Assembly (NCBI RefSeq): GCF_963921235.1
Contig: NC_086097.1
Coordinates: 244,282,001-244,346,000 of the forward strand
Source: Mobula hypostoma
Lineage: Eukaryota
Length of the DNA: 64,000 nt
Direction of reading: 5' to 3'
Shown here: positions 1 through 13,699 of the stretch, piece after piece
How positions within the stretch are numbered: position 1 is the first letter of the stretch
How the letters are laid out: the number at the start of each line of letters is the position of its first letter
Notes under the pieces: model-generated
The model's input: only the letters and a program-made list of their open reading frames with translations
Told to the model about the DNA's origin: nothing
Databases searched by the model: none
Position numbers and translations under genes: made by a program

Positions 1-69
1 TATCATATTCATGCAGCAACGTAAACATCCGCAGCAATTCTCCAGAAACAAAAGATACTTTCAAATCTT

Positions 70-235
70 AAACACAAAAGATTCTGCAGAAGCTGGAAAT
101 CCTGAGCAACATGTACAAAATGCTGGAGAAATTCAGCGGGCCAGGCAGCATTTATGAAGAGGAATAAACCATCTATATTTTGGGCCGAGACTCTTCAACA
201 GGACTGGAAAGGAAGGGGGAAGAAGCCAGAATTCC
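70..235 (-). mobile_element. Penelope-derived repeat fragment with degenerate hammerhead motif (~170-206)
   Basis: Same terminal sequence as the Penelope copy at 22154; minus strand reads agtcCTGTTGAagagtctcggccCAAAA. Confidence 0.7.
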
Positions 236-290
236 TTTCACTATAAAATTTCTGGTGGTCACTTTATTGGGTGCATGAGACCTCACATAA

Positions 291-790
291 GGTGGCCACT
301 GACTGTATTTCTGCATGCTTGTGGGCTTCTGCCACAGTAGCCCATCTATGGTAAGGTTTGAAGTGTTGTGCAGTTCTTCTGCACACCAATGTTGCGGCAC
401 ATAGCTATTTGAATTACTGTCACCTTCTTGTCAGCTTGAAGCAGCCCGACCATTCTCCTCTGACCTCTCTCAATAACAAGGTGTTTTCGCCCACAGAACT
501 GCCACTCACTGGATGTTTTTTTTTGTTTTTCACACCAATTTCACACCAATCTTGGTAAACTCTAGAGACTGTTGTGTGTGAAAGTCCCAGGAGATCGGCA
601 GTTTCTTAGATACTCAGACTGTTGGTCTGGCACAAGCAATCATTCCACAGTCAAAATCACTTCAACCACATTTCTTCCCAATTCTGATGTTTGGTCTGAA
701 CAACAACTGAACCTCTTGACCATGTCTGCATGCATTTATACGTTGAATTGTTGCCAGATGATTGGCTGATTAGATATTTGTAATAACGAG
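291..790 (-). mobile_element. Tc1/mariner non-autonomous remnant (transposase N-terminal HTH)
   Basis: Reverse complement matches the copy at 15825-16204 (SDFDxGMIxxAR...TADLLGxSH); decayed. Confidence 0.65.
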
Positions 791-1074
791 CTGTTGGGTG
801 TATATTTCATAAGAGTATAAGAAAATCTTTCTCTATTGGGACCCATTGACAATTATACACTGTCTTCAAAACTTTCTTAATTTTGACCACAACAGGGTGA
901 CCTGATCTTGCTTCTGCCAATCTACTGGTTCTAAAGAATGCTGCTTAACAATTTCAGTAACTTAATTGATGTGAGTTCACTTACAACACATCAAGCACGT
1001 TGGTGCAACAGGAAGAACAAATAAAACCACAGATTCCAGCGTCTGAAGCAAAAACAGAAAATGCTGGAAAAACT

Positions 1075-2040
1075 CAAACTGGCATCACAGGTAGATAGGG
1101 TCGTAAGGAGATCTTGGCACGTGGACCTTCATAAATTAGACATTGAGAACAGGAGTAGGGATGTTATGTTAGAGCTGTATACAATATTGATTAAGCCTAA
1201 TTGGAAGTATTGTGTGCAGTTCAGATCATCTACCCGGGGGTCCACAGACACCTGGCTTAATAGTATTGGTCCATGGCATTAAAAAGGTAGGGAACCCCTG
1301 ACCAACAAGAAAGATACCAATAAGATTGAAAGAGTGCAGATTAAATTTACAAAGATGGTTCCAGGACTTGAGTTAAAGTCGGTAGTGAAGAAGGCGAATG
1401 CAATGTTGGCATTCATTTCTAGAGGAATAGAGTATAGGAGCAGGGATGTGATGTTGAGGCTCTATAAGGCGCTGGTGAGACCTCACTTGGAGTACTGTGG
1501 GCAGTTTTGGTCTCCTTATGTAAGAAAGGATGTGCTGACGTTGCAGAGGGTACGGAGATTCACTAGAATGATTCCGGGAATGAGAGGGTTAACATATGAG
1601 GAACGTTTGTCCGCTCTTGGACCGTATTCCTTGGAGTTTAGAAGAATGAGGGAGGACCTCATAGAAACATATCGAATGTTGAAAGGTATGTACAGGGTGG
1701 ATGTGGCAAATTTGTTTCCCATGATGGGGGAGTCTAGTACGAGAGGGCATGACTTAAGGATTGAAGGGCGCCCATTCAGAACAGAAATGTGAAGAAATTT
1801 TTTTAGTCAGAGGGTGGTGAATCTATGGAATTTGTTGCCACGGGCGGCAGTGGAGGCCAAGTCATTGGGTGTATTTAAGGCAGAGACTGATAGGTATCTG
1901 AGTAGCCAGGGCATCAAAGGTTATGGTGAGAAGGCAGGGGAGTGGGACTAAATTGGGAGAATGGATCAGCTCATGATAAAATGGCAGAGCAGACTCAATG
2001 GGCCGAATGGCCGACTTCTGCTCCTTTGTCTTATGGTCTA
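1075..2040 (+). mobile_element. Two CR1 LINE 3' fragments (older ~1075-1370; young ~1370-2040)
   Basis: ORF 1334-1792 LYKALVRPHLEYC.QFWSP...VQRRFTRMIPG (CR1 ORF2 C-terminus); 3' UTR ending tcttatggtct; nearly identical to 8140-8814. Confidence 0.9.
1233..1300. mobile_element. hAT-type mini-MITE fragment
   Basis: Homologous to 60541-60617; right TIR gggaacccctg present, left TIR eroded. Confidence 0.55.
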
Positions 2041-2054
2041 AACTTCACAATCCA

Positions 2055-5000
2055 AAGTAAATTTATTATCAAATACATATACAACAATGAGCTTTATTTT
2101 TGTGCAGGCTTTCAAGGTAAATACAACGAAATGAAAGGGTGAATGAAAGACTACACATAAGGAGATGGACAAATAACCAATGTGCAAACGACAACAAACT
2201 GTGCAAATACAAAAAGAGAAAAAAAAGCAAATAACAATAATAATAAATAAGCATTCAATATCGAGAACATCAGATGAGATGAAGGTGAGTCCATAGGCTG
2301 TGGGAACAGCTCAGGGCTAGGGTGAGTGAAGTTGAGTGAAGGAATTTCAGCTTCAAGAGGCCTAACAACCGTTCCTGACCCTGATGGTGTGAGTCCTCAG
2401 GCTCCAATACCTTCTTTCTGATGGCAGCAGCAAGAAGACAGCATGGCCTGGATGGTGGGGGTCCTTGATGATGGATGCTGCTTTCCCCCAACAGCGTTCT
2501 ATGAAGATAAGCTCAGTGGTATGGAAGGCTTTATCCATGATGGACTGGACTGTATCCACTACCGTTTGTGGGATTTTCCATCCAAGGACATTGGTGTTTC
2601 CACACCAGGCCATGATGCAACCAGTCAATACACTCTTCCCCCAACACTAAAGAAGTTTGTCAAATGTTTAGATGACATGCTAAACCTCTGCAAACTCCTA
2701 AGGAAGTAGAGGTGCTGCTGTACTTTCTTCGTAATGGCACTTACAAGCTGGATGCAGGTCAGATCCTCTGAAATGATAACACCGAGGAATTCAAAGTTGC
2801 TGACCCTCTCCACCTCAGATTCCCCAGCGAGGACTGGCTCATGGGCCTCTGGTTTCTTCCTGAAGTCAATAATCAGCTCCCTGGTCTTGCTGATTTTTAG
2901 TGAGGGGTTGCTGTGACACCACTCAGGAAGATTTTCAAACTCCCTCCTCTATACTGATTCATCACCACCTTAGGTTCAGCCAACGGCAGTGGTGGTCATC
3001 AGCAAACTTGAGTACAGCATTGGAGCTGTGCTGAGCCACACAGTCATAACTGTGAAGCAAGCAGAGCAGGGGGCCGAGCACACAGCCTTGTGGTGCACCC
3101 GTGTTGACGGAGATTGTGGAGGACATGCTGAACTGACTGGGGTCTCTAACTGAGGAAATGAAGGGTCCAATTGCACAAGGAGGTAGTGAGGCCCAGGTCT
3201 TGATGGTTATTGATTAGTTCTGAGGGGATCATAGTATTGAACGTTGCACTGTAGTCAAAAAGAGCATCCTGATGTATGCACCTTCACTGTCCAGATATTC
3301 CTGGGTTGAGTGAAGAACCAATGAAATGGCATCTGCTGTTGACCTGTTGCGGCAGTAGGCAAACTGGAGTGAATCCAAGTCGCTCCTCAAGCATTTTATC
3401 AGCAACCTCCCAAAGCACTTCATTACAGTGGATGATAATCATTTCAGGCAGGTTACCACGTTCTTCTTAGACACCTGCTTGAAGCAGGTTGGTACCTCAG
3501 ACTGCCGAAGCAAGAGGTTAAAGACGTAGAAACATAGAAACATGGAAAACCTACAGCACAATACAGGCCCTTTGGCCCACAAATCTGTGCCGAACATGTC
3601 CTTATCTTAGAACTACCTAGGCTTTACCCATAGCCCTCTATTTTCCTAAGCTCCACGTATCCATCCAGGAGTCTCTTAAAAGACCCTATCGTTTCCGCCT
3701 TCACCACCGCCGCCAGCAGCCCGTTCCACACTCCAGCTGGCTGATCAGCTACCTGGCCTTTAGTACTTGGCCAGGGACCCTGTCTGGGCCAGATGCTCTC
3801 CCTGGGTTCAGCCTCCGGAAAGGATGCTCTCACATCAGCCTCAGAGACTGAAACCACAGGGTCATCGGGGGCTCTGGGAGATCATGAAGATGCCCCCATC
3901 TTTTGATGGTCAAGGTGAGCATGAAACACAGTGAGCTCACCTGGCAGTAAAGCCTTGTTGTCACCTACATCGCTTGGTTTCACTTTGTAGGCGGTGATAA
4001 CATTCAAGCCCTGCCACAGTTGTCGAACATCCTTCAGTGATTCAAGTTCGGCCCGCCATCGCCATTTTGCATGTAAGACGGCTTTCCAAGAGTTGTACCT
4101 GAACTTCTTGTATTTTACTTGGTTGCCAGACCTGAACACCGTTGATCTGGCCCTCGGCAGACTGTGGGTCCCTTGGTTCATTCAGGGTTTCTGGTTGGAG
4201 AGGACTCCGAATGATTCTGCGTGGCCACGCCCATTGATGACAGTTTTCCTAAAGTCCCTGACAAACAGATCCTCTGGTGAGTCATTAAACACAGCCCAGT
4301 TCATGGGCCCAAGGCAATCCTCTGCCTCTATGGTTGTCTCTTGGTTGTCCTGAAGTCCTACTCTTGGACATCTTGGTTGTCCTGAAGTCCTACTGTTTAG
4401 CCTCTACCTCTATACAGGTACAAGCAGGACAGCCAAACAAGCAGATTTCCTGATCAATACTCTAGGGACGGAACAGTTGGCATTCCTAATTGTGGTATAG
4501 TTGTGGTCAAGTATTTTGCCACCCCTGATGCTGCAGGTTATAGATTGATGATAACTGGGCTTGCTCAACACCAGCCTTTGGCAGTGTGTAAGCTGGGGTC
4601 AGGATCACGGAGCAGAACTCTCCTAGTAAGTAGAACGATCGGCACATCACCATTAGATGTTCCAGGTCAGGGGAACAAGAATACAACAAGACCGTTACGT
4701 CCAAGCACTACAAGGAGTTGAGTCATTGAACACAGACCCCCACCTTTTGCCCTCTTCAAATCAGAAGCTGATCTATCTGGCGGATTGAGAATCCAACGGG
4801 TCTTACCGACGTACCCAGCTTGTCCAGAGTGAGCCACGTCTCCATGAAAAATGAACACAGCAATTCTTCATTTCCCTCTGACACAGTGACCCTTAGGTCC
4901 TCAATGTTGTTCTCTCGCGACTGTACATTTGCTAACATGATGCTGGGTAGAGGAAGCCTAACACCTTATTGTGTCAGTCTGGCTTGGAGTCCCCCTCTTC

Positions 5001-5100
5001 TGGCCATGGCGATGTACCTCCGTCTGTTTAAAAGTAATGTATCTGCATTCCTGAGAGTTAAATCCATCGAATCCTTCAAAAGGTTGTGAAATCGCTGGTT
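2055..5100 (-). mobile_element. Decayed Rex1/Babar-type LINE, interrupted by a CR1 3' piece (~3527-3732)
   Basis: Endonuclease start LANVQS.ENNIEDLR...METWLT (4756-4938); RT pieces LQFAYCRNRSTADAI...IRMLF, FEFLGVIISEDLT; C-terminal IIKDPHHPGH..F.LLPS.RRY.SLRT. Confidence 0.8.
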
Positions 5101-5229
5101 CGATAAAACGATTCAGTAGATTACCTTAAGGGAAATTGTGGGCAATGAGAATAGTTCAGAAGAAATATATTTTAAAATTTTGTAAGCTACCCGCAAAGCG
5201 TCACCATGTTTTGCTAGTCCTATCTTGAA

Positions 5230-5620
5230 GTTTAATAGGAAAGGTTGACTAGGTTGGACTTCATTCACTGAAGTGTAGGAAAATGAGTAGGGATTTGATG
5301 GAGGTATACAAGATTATGAGAGGTGTTCAGTAGATGGTGTAAATGCAAGCAGGCATTTTCCACTGAGGTTGGGTGAAGCTTGAACATAGAGGTCATAGGT
5401 TTAGGGTGAAAGGTGAAATATTTAAGGGGAACCTGAGAGAGAGCTTCTTCACTCAGAGGGTGGTGCCAGTGTGGAACGAGCTGTCAGTGGAAGAGGTGGG
5501 TGCAGATGGGTGAGTACATGTATGGGAGGGGTATGGAGGCCTAAGGTCCAGGTGTGTGTCAAAAGCCCTAGATAGACTGATAGTTCAGCATAAACTAGAT
5601 GGACCAAAGAACAGCAATAG
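5230..5620 (+). mobile_element. CR1 LINE 3' fragment
   Basis: ggtataca agattatgagagg ... ttcactcagagggtgg..gtgtggaacgagctg, typical CR1 ORF2 3' end. Confidence 0.7.
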
Positions 5621-5629
5621 CTAGCTATC

Positions 5630-8600
5630 ACTAAGATAGTAAAGAAATGGTCTCCAGAGGCCATCAAGGCCTTGAAGGGCTACTTTGAAGCTAACTGGAA
5701 TGTGCTTTGTGAACCATATGGGGAAGACATTAACAGACTTACGGATTGCATCACTGGCTACGTCAGCTTTTGTGTGGCTACTGTAATACCACCAACAACT
5801 GCTTGCTGCTTCCCTAACAACAAACCACGGGTCACCAGTGATCAAAAGGGTGTTCTCCACCACAGAAAGAGAGCCCTTAGATCAGGAGACAGGGAGAAGC
5901 GTGTGCAGAGGGAGCTAAAGGAGAAGATCGAGGTGGCTAAAGAGGAATACAGGAGAGAGCTGGAGAACAAGCCTGGGCAGGGCAGCTCATGGGAGGGGTG
6001 GACAGGGATGAAGAACATCACTGGCTTCATCAGCCTGGCTGTAGAGATTCAGAATGCAGCCATGAATTGACTAATGAGTTAAACCAATTCTTCAATAGGT
6101 TTGACGATTGCCCTCCTGTTCACTCCCCCCCCCCTCAGCACACCAGCCCAGGTGCAGGGGCATCCAGTCCTCCCGCAGCACCAACGCCTCCCCCCTCCCT
6201 CCTCCCCCTTCCAATTCAACATGCAGATGAACAACATGGTCTACATCCCTTCCTCGGCCTTCATCTGCCATCCACACCTCCACACACCAACTGCTATTGT
6301 CCCTACTTTCACCTCTCCCAGCCTCCAACTCCTCAGTCATCATGGACTCAGCTTCACTCCTGAGCAAGTGAGACGGGCTCTCGGGAAACTCTGACACGGC
6401 GAAGCACTGGGACCGGATGGTGGGAACCCAAAGCCCCTGAAGGAGTGTGCTGAGCACAGATATGTGGAGCTCTCCGGTGTACTTTCAATCTGACTCTCAG
6501 CCTGGAAAGGGCCCGACTGTGTGGAAAACATCATGTGTGGTCCTGGTACCCAAGAAGGGCCAGCCTAAAGTCTTGAATGATCACCTTGTGGTCATAATGG
6601 CCCTTATCTCACAGATCATGAAGACCCTGGAGAGGCTGGTCCTGGCTCACCTCCGACCCCTGGTCAGATCAGCCCTCGATCGGGAAAGACGGCAGAGCAG
6701 CAGTGGCTGGAGTTTATGCAAAAAATGAGGAATGTGCAAGACAGGTATATTCCAAAAAAGAAGAAATTTTCAAGTGGAAAAAGGATGCAACCGTGGTTGA
6801 CAAGAGAAGTCAAAGCCAAAGTTAAAGCAAAGGAGAGGGCATACAAGGAAGCAAAAATTCGTGGGAAGACAGAGGATTGGGAAGTTTTTAAAACCTTACA
6901 AAAGGAAACCAAGAAGGTCATTAAGAGAGAAAAGATTAACTATGAAAGGAAACTAGCAAATAATATCAGATAGGATACTAAAAGCTTTTTCAAGTATATA
7001 AAGAGTAAAAGACAGGTGAGAGTAGATATAGGATCGATAGAAAACGATACTGGAGAAATTGTAATGGGAGATGAGGAGAGGGCAGAGGAACTGAACAAGT
7101 ATTTTGCGTCAGTCTTCACTGAGGAAGACGGCAGGATACCGGACACTCAAGGGTGGCAGGGAAGAGAAGTGTGTGCAGTCACAATTACGACCGAGAAAGT
7201 ACTCAGGAAGCTGAATAGGCTAAAGGTAGATAAATCTCCTGGACCAGATGGAATGCACCCTCGTGTTCTGAAGGAAGTAGCTGTGGAGATTGCGGAAGCA
7301 TAAGCGATGAACTTTCAAAAGTCGATAGATTCTGGCATGGTTCCGGAAGACTGGAAGATTGCAAATGTCACTCCGCTATTTAAGAAGGGGGCAAGGAAGC
7401 AAAAAGGAAATTATAGACCTGTTAGCTTGACGTCGGTGGTTGGGAAGTTGTTGGAGTCGATTGTCAAGGATGAGGTTACAGAGTACCTGGAGGCATATGA
7501 CAAGATAGGCAGAACTCAGCATGGATTCCTTAAAGGAAAATCCTGCCTGACAAACCTATTACAATTTTTTGAGGAAATTACCAGTAGGCTAGACAAGGGA
7601 GATGCAGTGGATGTTGTATATTTAGATTTTCAGAAGGCCTTTGACAAGGTGCCACACATGAGGCTACTTAACAAGATAAGAGCCCATGGAATTACAGGAA
7701 AGTTACATACGTGGATAGAGCGTTGGCTGATTGGCAGGAAACAGAGAGTGAGAATAAAGGGATCCTATTCTGGTTGGCTGCCCGTTACCAGTGGTGTTCC
7801 ACAGGGATCAGTGTTGGGGCCGCTTCTTTTTACATTGTACATCAACGATCTGGATTATGGAATAGATGGCTTTGTGGCTAAGTTTGCTGACGATATGAAG
7901 ATAGGTGGAGGGGCCGGTAGTGCTGAGGAAACGGAGAGTCTGCAGAGAGACTTGGATAGATTGGAAGAATGGGCAGAGAAGTGGCAAATGAAGTACAATG
8001 TTGGAAAGTGTATGGTTATGCACTTTGGCAGAAAAAATAAACGGGCAGACTATTATTTATTTGGAAAGAATTCAAAGTTCTGAGATGCAACTGGACTTGG
8101 GAGTCCTCGTGCAGGATTCCCTTAAAGTTAACCTCCAGGTTGAGTCAGTAGTGAAGAAGGCGAATGCAATGTTGGCATTCATTTCTAGAGGAATAGAGTA
8201 TAGGAGCAGGGATGTGATGTTGAGGCTCTATAACGCGCTGGTGAGACCTCACTTGGAGTACTGTGGGCAGTTTTGGTCTCCTTATTTAAGAAAGGATGTG
8301 CTGACGTTGGAGAGGGTACAGAAAAGATTCACGAGAATGATTCCGGGAATGAGAGGGTTAACATATGAGGAACGTTTGTCCGCTCTTGGACTGTATTCCT
8401 TGGAGTTTAGAAGAATGAGGGGAGACCTCATAGAAACATTTCGAATGTTAAAAGGCATGGACTGAGTGGATGTGGCAAAGTTGTTTCCCATGATGGGGGA
8501 GTCTAGTACGAGAGGGCATGACTTCAGGATTGAAGGGCGCCCTTTCAGAACAGAAATGCGAAAAAAAATTTTTAGCCAGAGGGTGGTGAATCTATGGAAT

Positions 8601-10004
8601 TTGTTGCCACGGGCAGCAGTGGAGGCCAAGTCACTGGGTGTATTTAAGGCAGAGATTGATAAGTATCTGAGTAGCCAGGGCATCAAAGGTTATGGTGAGA
8701 AGGCGGGGCAGTGGGACTAAATAGGATAAAATGGATCAGCTCATGATAAAATGGCGGAGCAGACTCGATGGGCCGAATGGCCAGCTTCTGCTCCTTTGTC
8801 TTATGGTCTTATGGTCGATCCCCTGCAGTTTGCCTACCAGGAGCACATTAGAGTCGATGTTGCTGTCATCTACCTGCTCAACAGAACCTACTCCCATTTC
8901 GATAAGCAGGGCAGCACTGTGAGGATCAGTTTTTCGTGATTTCTCAAGTGCCTTCAATACCATACAGCCCTCATTGCTGGGGGAGAAGCTCCATTCAATA
9001 TAGGTTGGCACTTCCATTGGATAATGGACTACCTGACTGGCAGACCACAGTTTGTGCAGCTTCACAGCTGTGTGTCAGACATGGCTATAAGCAGCACTGG
9101 GGCCTCACAGGGGACGGTATTGGCTCCCTTCCTGTTTACCCTGTATACTCCAGACTTTAGATACAACACTGAGTCATGTCATCTGCAGAAATTCTCTGAT
9201 GACTCAGCAACAGTTGGGTGTATAATGGGAGGACAGGAGGATGGAGGACTTTGTCAAATTATGCAGACTGAATCATCTGCAACTCAAGATCAGTAAGACA
9301 AAGGAGATGCTAATGGACTTTAAGAAGACTAATCCTGCATTGCTCCCTGTTACTATTGATGGTGAGGACGTGGATGTGGTGAGGACCTACAAGTAGTTGG
9401 GGGTGCACTTGGACGACAGACTTGAGTGAAGCACAGACACAGAGGCTGTGTCCAAGAAGGGCCAGAGTTGCCTCTACTTCCTGAGGAGACTGAGGTCCTT
9501 TGGAGTACGCAGGCCTCTCCTTCACATGTTCTACCAGTCTGTTGTCGCCAGTACAATCTTCTATGTGATGGGTGTGCTGGGGCAATGGCATCAACACAGG
9601 TGATGCCAACAAGTTCAATAAACTGATTAGGAAGGCGGGCTCTGTTATAGGAGTCAAACTGGACACACCGGAGGCTGTGGTAGAACAAAGGACCCTACGG
9701 AAAATCATGGCAATTGTGGACAATGTTTCTCACCCTCTGTGTGCCACCTTGGCTGAACAGAGAAGCACTTTTAGCAACAGACTAAAACAGCTGCACTGCT
9801 CCAAAGAACACGATATGAGGTCATTCTTACCCTCCGCCACTCGGCTCTATAATGAGTCAACCTCTAGCTGGGGAAGTGGTGACCCCTCCCCTCCTGTTAG
9901 ACTGTTTGTGGTAACTTATTTATTATTCTTTCTACTTCTCTTCTAATATTTATATCTGTGCATTTGTAATGCTTCTGTGAGACTGTAATTTCCTTTGGGA
10001 TTAA
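5630..10004 (+). mobile_element. Rex1/Babar-type LINE (5'-truncated), split by a CR1 insertion at 6682-8814
   Basis: LTDCITGYVSFC...FPNNKPRVT; KTSCVVLVPKK...IMKTLERLVLAHLRP; the frame resumes after the CR1 as DPLQFAYQ; GASQGTVLAPFLFTLYT, QKFSDD; 3' end gtaatttcctttgggattaat. Confidence 0.88.
6682..8814 (+). mobile_element. Young 5'-truncated CR1 LINE (ORF2 RT)
   Basis: ORF 7307-8083 with YLDFQKAFDKV, SGVPQGSVLGP, KFADD; tail (tcttatgg)2; flanked by TCGATC at 6676-6681 and 8815-8820. Confidence 0.95.
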
Positions 10005-10249
10005 TGGACTACCTATCATCATTATCAAAGTGCTTTTTCCTGTGCTGCAGTGCTCTGTGACTGCTTTGTCTTTGAGACGGAGTTGCCACAACCACCCAGG
10101 GTCCTCAGGCTTCAGGGTGGTCCAGCAGAGCAGTTTGTGATGCATAGTTAAACCGCGGGAGTTGCAGTAACTAATTCTCATTAACTACGGGAATGAAAGA
10201 ACACTGGATGCCTAATTAACACAAAAGCTAATTAATTCAAAACAATTAA

Positions 10250-10810
10250 TGTCGAGCACCTTCGCTCCATCTGCAAAAACAGGATTTACCGGTGGCCAAC
10301 CACGTTAATTCCAGTCCCCATTCCCATTCCGACTTGTCGGTGCACGGCCTCCCCTACTGCTACGATGAGGCCATTCCAGATCTTGGAGGAGGAACACCTC
10401 ATATCCTGTGTGGGTAGTCTCCAACCTGAACACCCACTTCTCCAACTTCTCGTAATTCCCCCCTCCCCTCGTCTTCAATTCTCCACTCTGGCCTCCCCTT
10501 ACCTCTTCTCTCCTCCTCACCAGTCTATCACCTGCCCCTGGTGACGTTCCTCCTTCCCTTTTCTCCCATGGACCACCCTCCTCTCTTATCAGATTCCCTC
10601 TTCGTTGCCCTTCACTTTTTCCACCTATCACCCTCCCCTTGCTTTTCCCTTCAACCGAACAGCCCCCCACCCCCCCAGCCACCTACCTGGCTTCACCTAG
10701 CACCTTCTCCTTCTCCTTCGTATTCTGGTTTTTCCCCTCTTCCTTTCAACTGTTTATTCATTTCCATCAATGCTGACTGACCTGCCGAGCTCCCCTGGCA
10801 TTCTGCGTTT
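10250..10810 (+). mobile_element. Penelope-derived non-autonomous repeat (GIY-YIG 3' remnant + pyrimidine-rich UTR; hammerhead segment deleted)
   Basis: gagcaccttcgctccatctgc...ggtggccaaccac...ggtagtctccaacctga matches the 3' end of the Penelope ORF at 22548. Confidence 0.75.
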
Positions 10811-11429
10811 GGGGCAAATTAATTTTGGATTTCAAAGCCAACCTATGAACATGTTAGGAGCTAGAATGATAAAATCACAGATTGGTTTTAGCCGCACCGG
10901 TCAAACAGTAACTTCCTGAAGAAAGAAGCACATCTACTATTCAAACTGCTCACGTCCTGTTATTACAACACCAATTCAACTTCCCTCCCTGACCAACCAG
11001 ACTATACAGCCAAAGTTTGCTTCCCTGCTCTTTAAGAAGTCGCCTTCATTAGAGGGGGAGTCTGGAACCGGAGGGAACAGCCTCAGAATAGAGGGATGTC
11101 CCTTTAGAGCAGAGATGAGAAGAAATTCCATTAGCCACAGGGTGGTGAATCTGTGGAATTCATTGCCACAGATGGCTGTGGGAGCCAAGCATTCGGATCT
11201 ATTTAAAGCAGAGGTTAATATGTTCTTGGTTAGTCATGGCAGCAAAAGTTACAGGGAGAAGGCAGGGGAATGGGATTGAAAGGGAAAATAAATCAGCCAT
11301 GATTGGATGGCGGAGCAGATTTGTTGGGCTAAATGACCAACTTTTGTTCCTATGCCTTATGAATTTAGGGTCCTGGAAAAGCTTTTACCCACAGCATAGG
11401 CTTTCAGTTACATTGCAGACTTCAAAGCT

Positions 11430-13065
11430 AAGCACAATAGTGCTGCCAACATCGCTGCCTCTCCCAGATCAGCTAAATTCTTTTACGCTCAGTTCGACGT
11501 CACCAACACTGAGTCCCCGAAGTGACCCGCAACTTAGTCATCTCTGAGGCTGAAGTACGCAGGGTGCTTCCAAAGAGTGGACGGTCGCAAGGCTGCGGAA
11601 CTGGACGGCACCCCGAAGCGGGTACTCAGGATTGTGTGACACAACTAGCAAGTGTATTTACAGACATTTTTACTCTCTCCCTCTCCCAATGTAGAGTGCC
11701 TGCCTGCTTCAAAACATCCACCAATGTCCCTGTACCTAAAAAGACCAAGATAACATGTCTGAACGACTGGCGTCCTGTCACACTCACCTCAATAGTAAAC
11801 AAATGCTTTGAGAGGCTGGTCAAGGACTATATCTGCAGCATGCTGCCTCCCACACTGGACCCCCTACAATTCGCCTACCGATACAACTGATAGACAGATG
11901 ACGCAATAGCCACAGCTGTACACACCGTCCTTACACATCTGGAGAAGAAGCATGCTTATGTGAGAATGCTGCTCTTGGACTACAGTTCAGCATTTAACAC
12001 CATAATTCCCTCCAGGCTCGACAAGAAGCTCAGAGACCTCGGCCTTCACACTGCCTTGTGTAGCTGGATCCTGGACTTCCTGTCAGATCACCAGCAGGTG
12101 GTAAGAGTGGGCTCCCTCACCTCTGCCCCTCTGTCCCACAACACAGGTGCCCCTCAGGGCTGTGTCCCTCCTTTACTCTCTGTATACCCATGAATGAGTC
12201 GCCACCCACAGCTTCAATCTGCTAATTAAATTTGCTGATGACTCTACACTGATTGGCCTAATCACAAATAATAATGAGGCAGTTTACAGAGAAGGAGTCA
12301 TCATCCTGACACAGTGGTGTCAAGAAAACAACCTCTTCCTCAACGTCATGAAAACAAAGGAGCTGGTTGTGGACTACAGGAGGAATGAAGACAGGTGAAC
12401 CCCTATTGACATCAATGGATCTGGGGTTGAGAGGGTGAACATTAAGTTCTTTGGCATAAACATCACCGAGGATCTCACGTGGTCTGTACACACCAGCTAC
12501 GTGGTAAAAAAAAGCACATCATCACCTCTTTCACCTCAGACTCTTGAAGAAGTTTGGCATGAGTCCCCATATGCTAAGGAATTTCTACAGGGAAACAATT
12601 GAGAGCATCCTGACTGGCTGCATCACTGTCTGGTATGGGAACTGTACCTCCCTTAATCGCAGGACTCTGCAGAGAGTGGTGTAGACAGCCCAGCGCATCT
12701 GTAGATGTGAACTTCCCATGATTCAGGACATTTACAGAGACAGGTGTGTAAAAAAGGCCCAAAGGATCATTGGGGACCCGAGTTACCCCCAACCACAAAC
12801 TGTTCCAGCTGCTACCATCCAGGAAGTGGTACTGCAGCATAAAAGCCAGGACCGACAGGCTCCGGGACAGCTTCTTCCACCAGGCCATCAGACTGATTAA
12901 TTCACTGATACAATTGTATTTCTGTGCTATATTGACTATCCTGTTGTACATACTATTTATTAAAAATTACTGTAAATTGCACATTGCACATTTAGACGGA
13001 GACACAATGTAAAGATTTTTATTCTTCATGTATGTGAAGGATGTAAGAAAAAAGTCAATTCAATT
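11430..13065 (+). mobile_element. Rex1/Babar-type LINE, 5'-truncated
   Basis: VPACFKTS.NVPVPKK...NDWRPVTLTS...[55 protein letters not shown]; tail tcaattcaatt. Confidence 0.9.
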
Positions 13066-13699
13066 TGACTGTTGTATGGAGACATAGAATTTAAAGAGTA
13101 CAGCATAGTACAGGCCTTTGTTGTGCCGACCTGTTAACCTTCCCCAAGATCCATCTAACCATCCCCTCCCATATAGCCCCCCATTTTTCTTTCATCTCTG
13201 TGCCAATGTAAAGATTCTCAAATGTCTCTAATGTATCGACTTTACCACCATCCAGGGAATTCTGTATACATTTTTTTTAAATCTATGGAATTGAGAGGGA
13301 AACTAAATCAGACAATGATTGAATGGCACAGTAGACTTGAAGGGTTTAATGGCTTAATTCTGCTCCTGTGATCTTAATACTTTTGTGTATTTTGAATAAG
13401 AATTTGTGGTCAGTGGAAAGTTGCTTGCACTTATTTCTGACCTATGAAAAATGTTAGAATTTATTTTAAATAAAATAATGTTGGGAACATTGAGGAGAAC
13501 TGCAGCATCTGTGACATGCGATGTTCATATAGAATTTATCTTGTGCTGCCTCTTCAAGGAGAACATCCAGGTGATAAACCATGGTGAAGCTCTGAGTTAC
13601 ACAGAACAGTACAGCACTGCATGTTGTGCTGCATGTATAAACCTACTCCACAATCAATCTAACTCTTGCATCCCACATAACCTTCCATGTCTCTATCTA

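Noticed and set aside
4340..4395. 23-bp direct repeat cttggttgtcctgaagtcctact
   Set aside because: Local duplication inside a decayed LINE; only two units.
13340..13441. Acceptor-like tttttcatag|GTC with a short frame (similar site near 10916)
   Set aside because: Translations show no STAC similarity, and the 13441 frame runs into a CR1 3' UTR.
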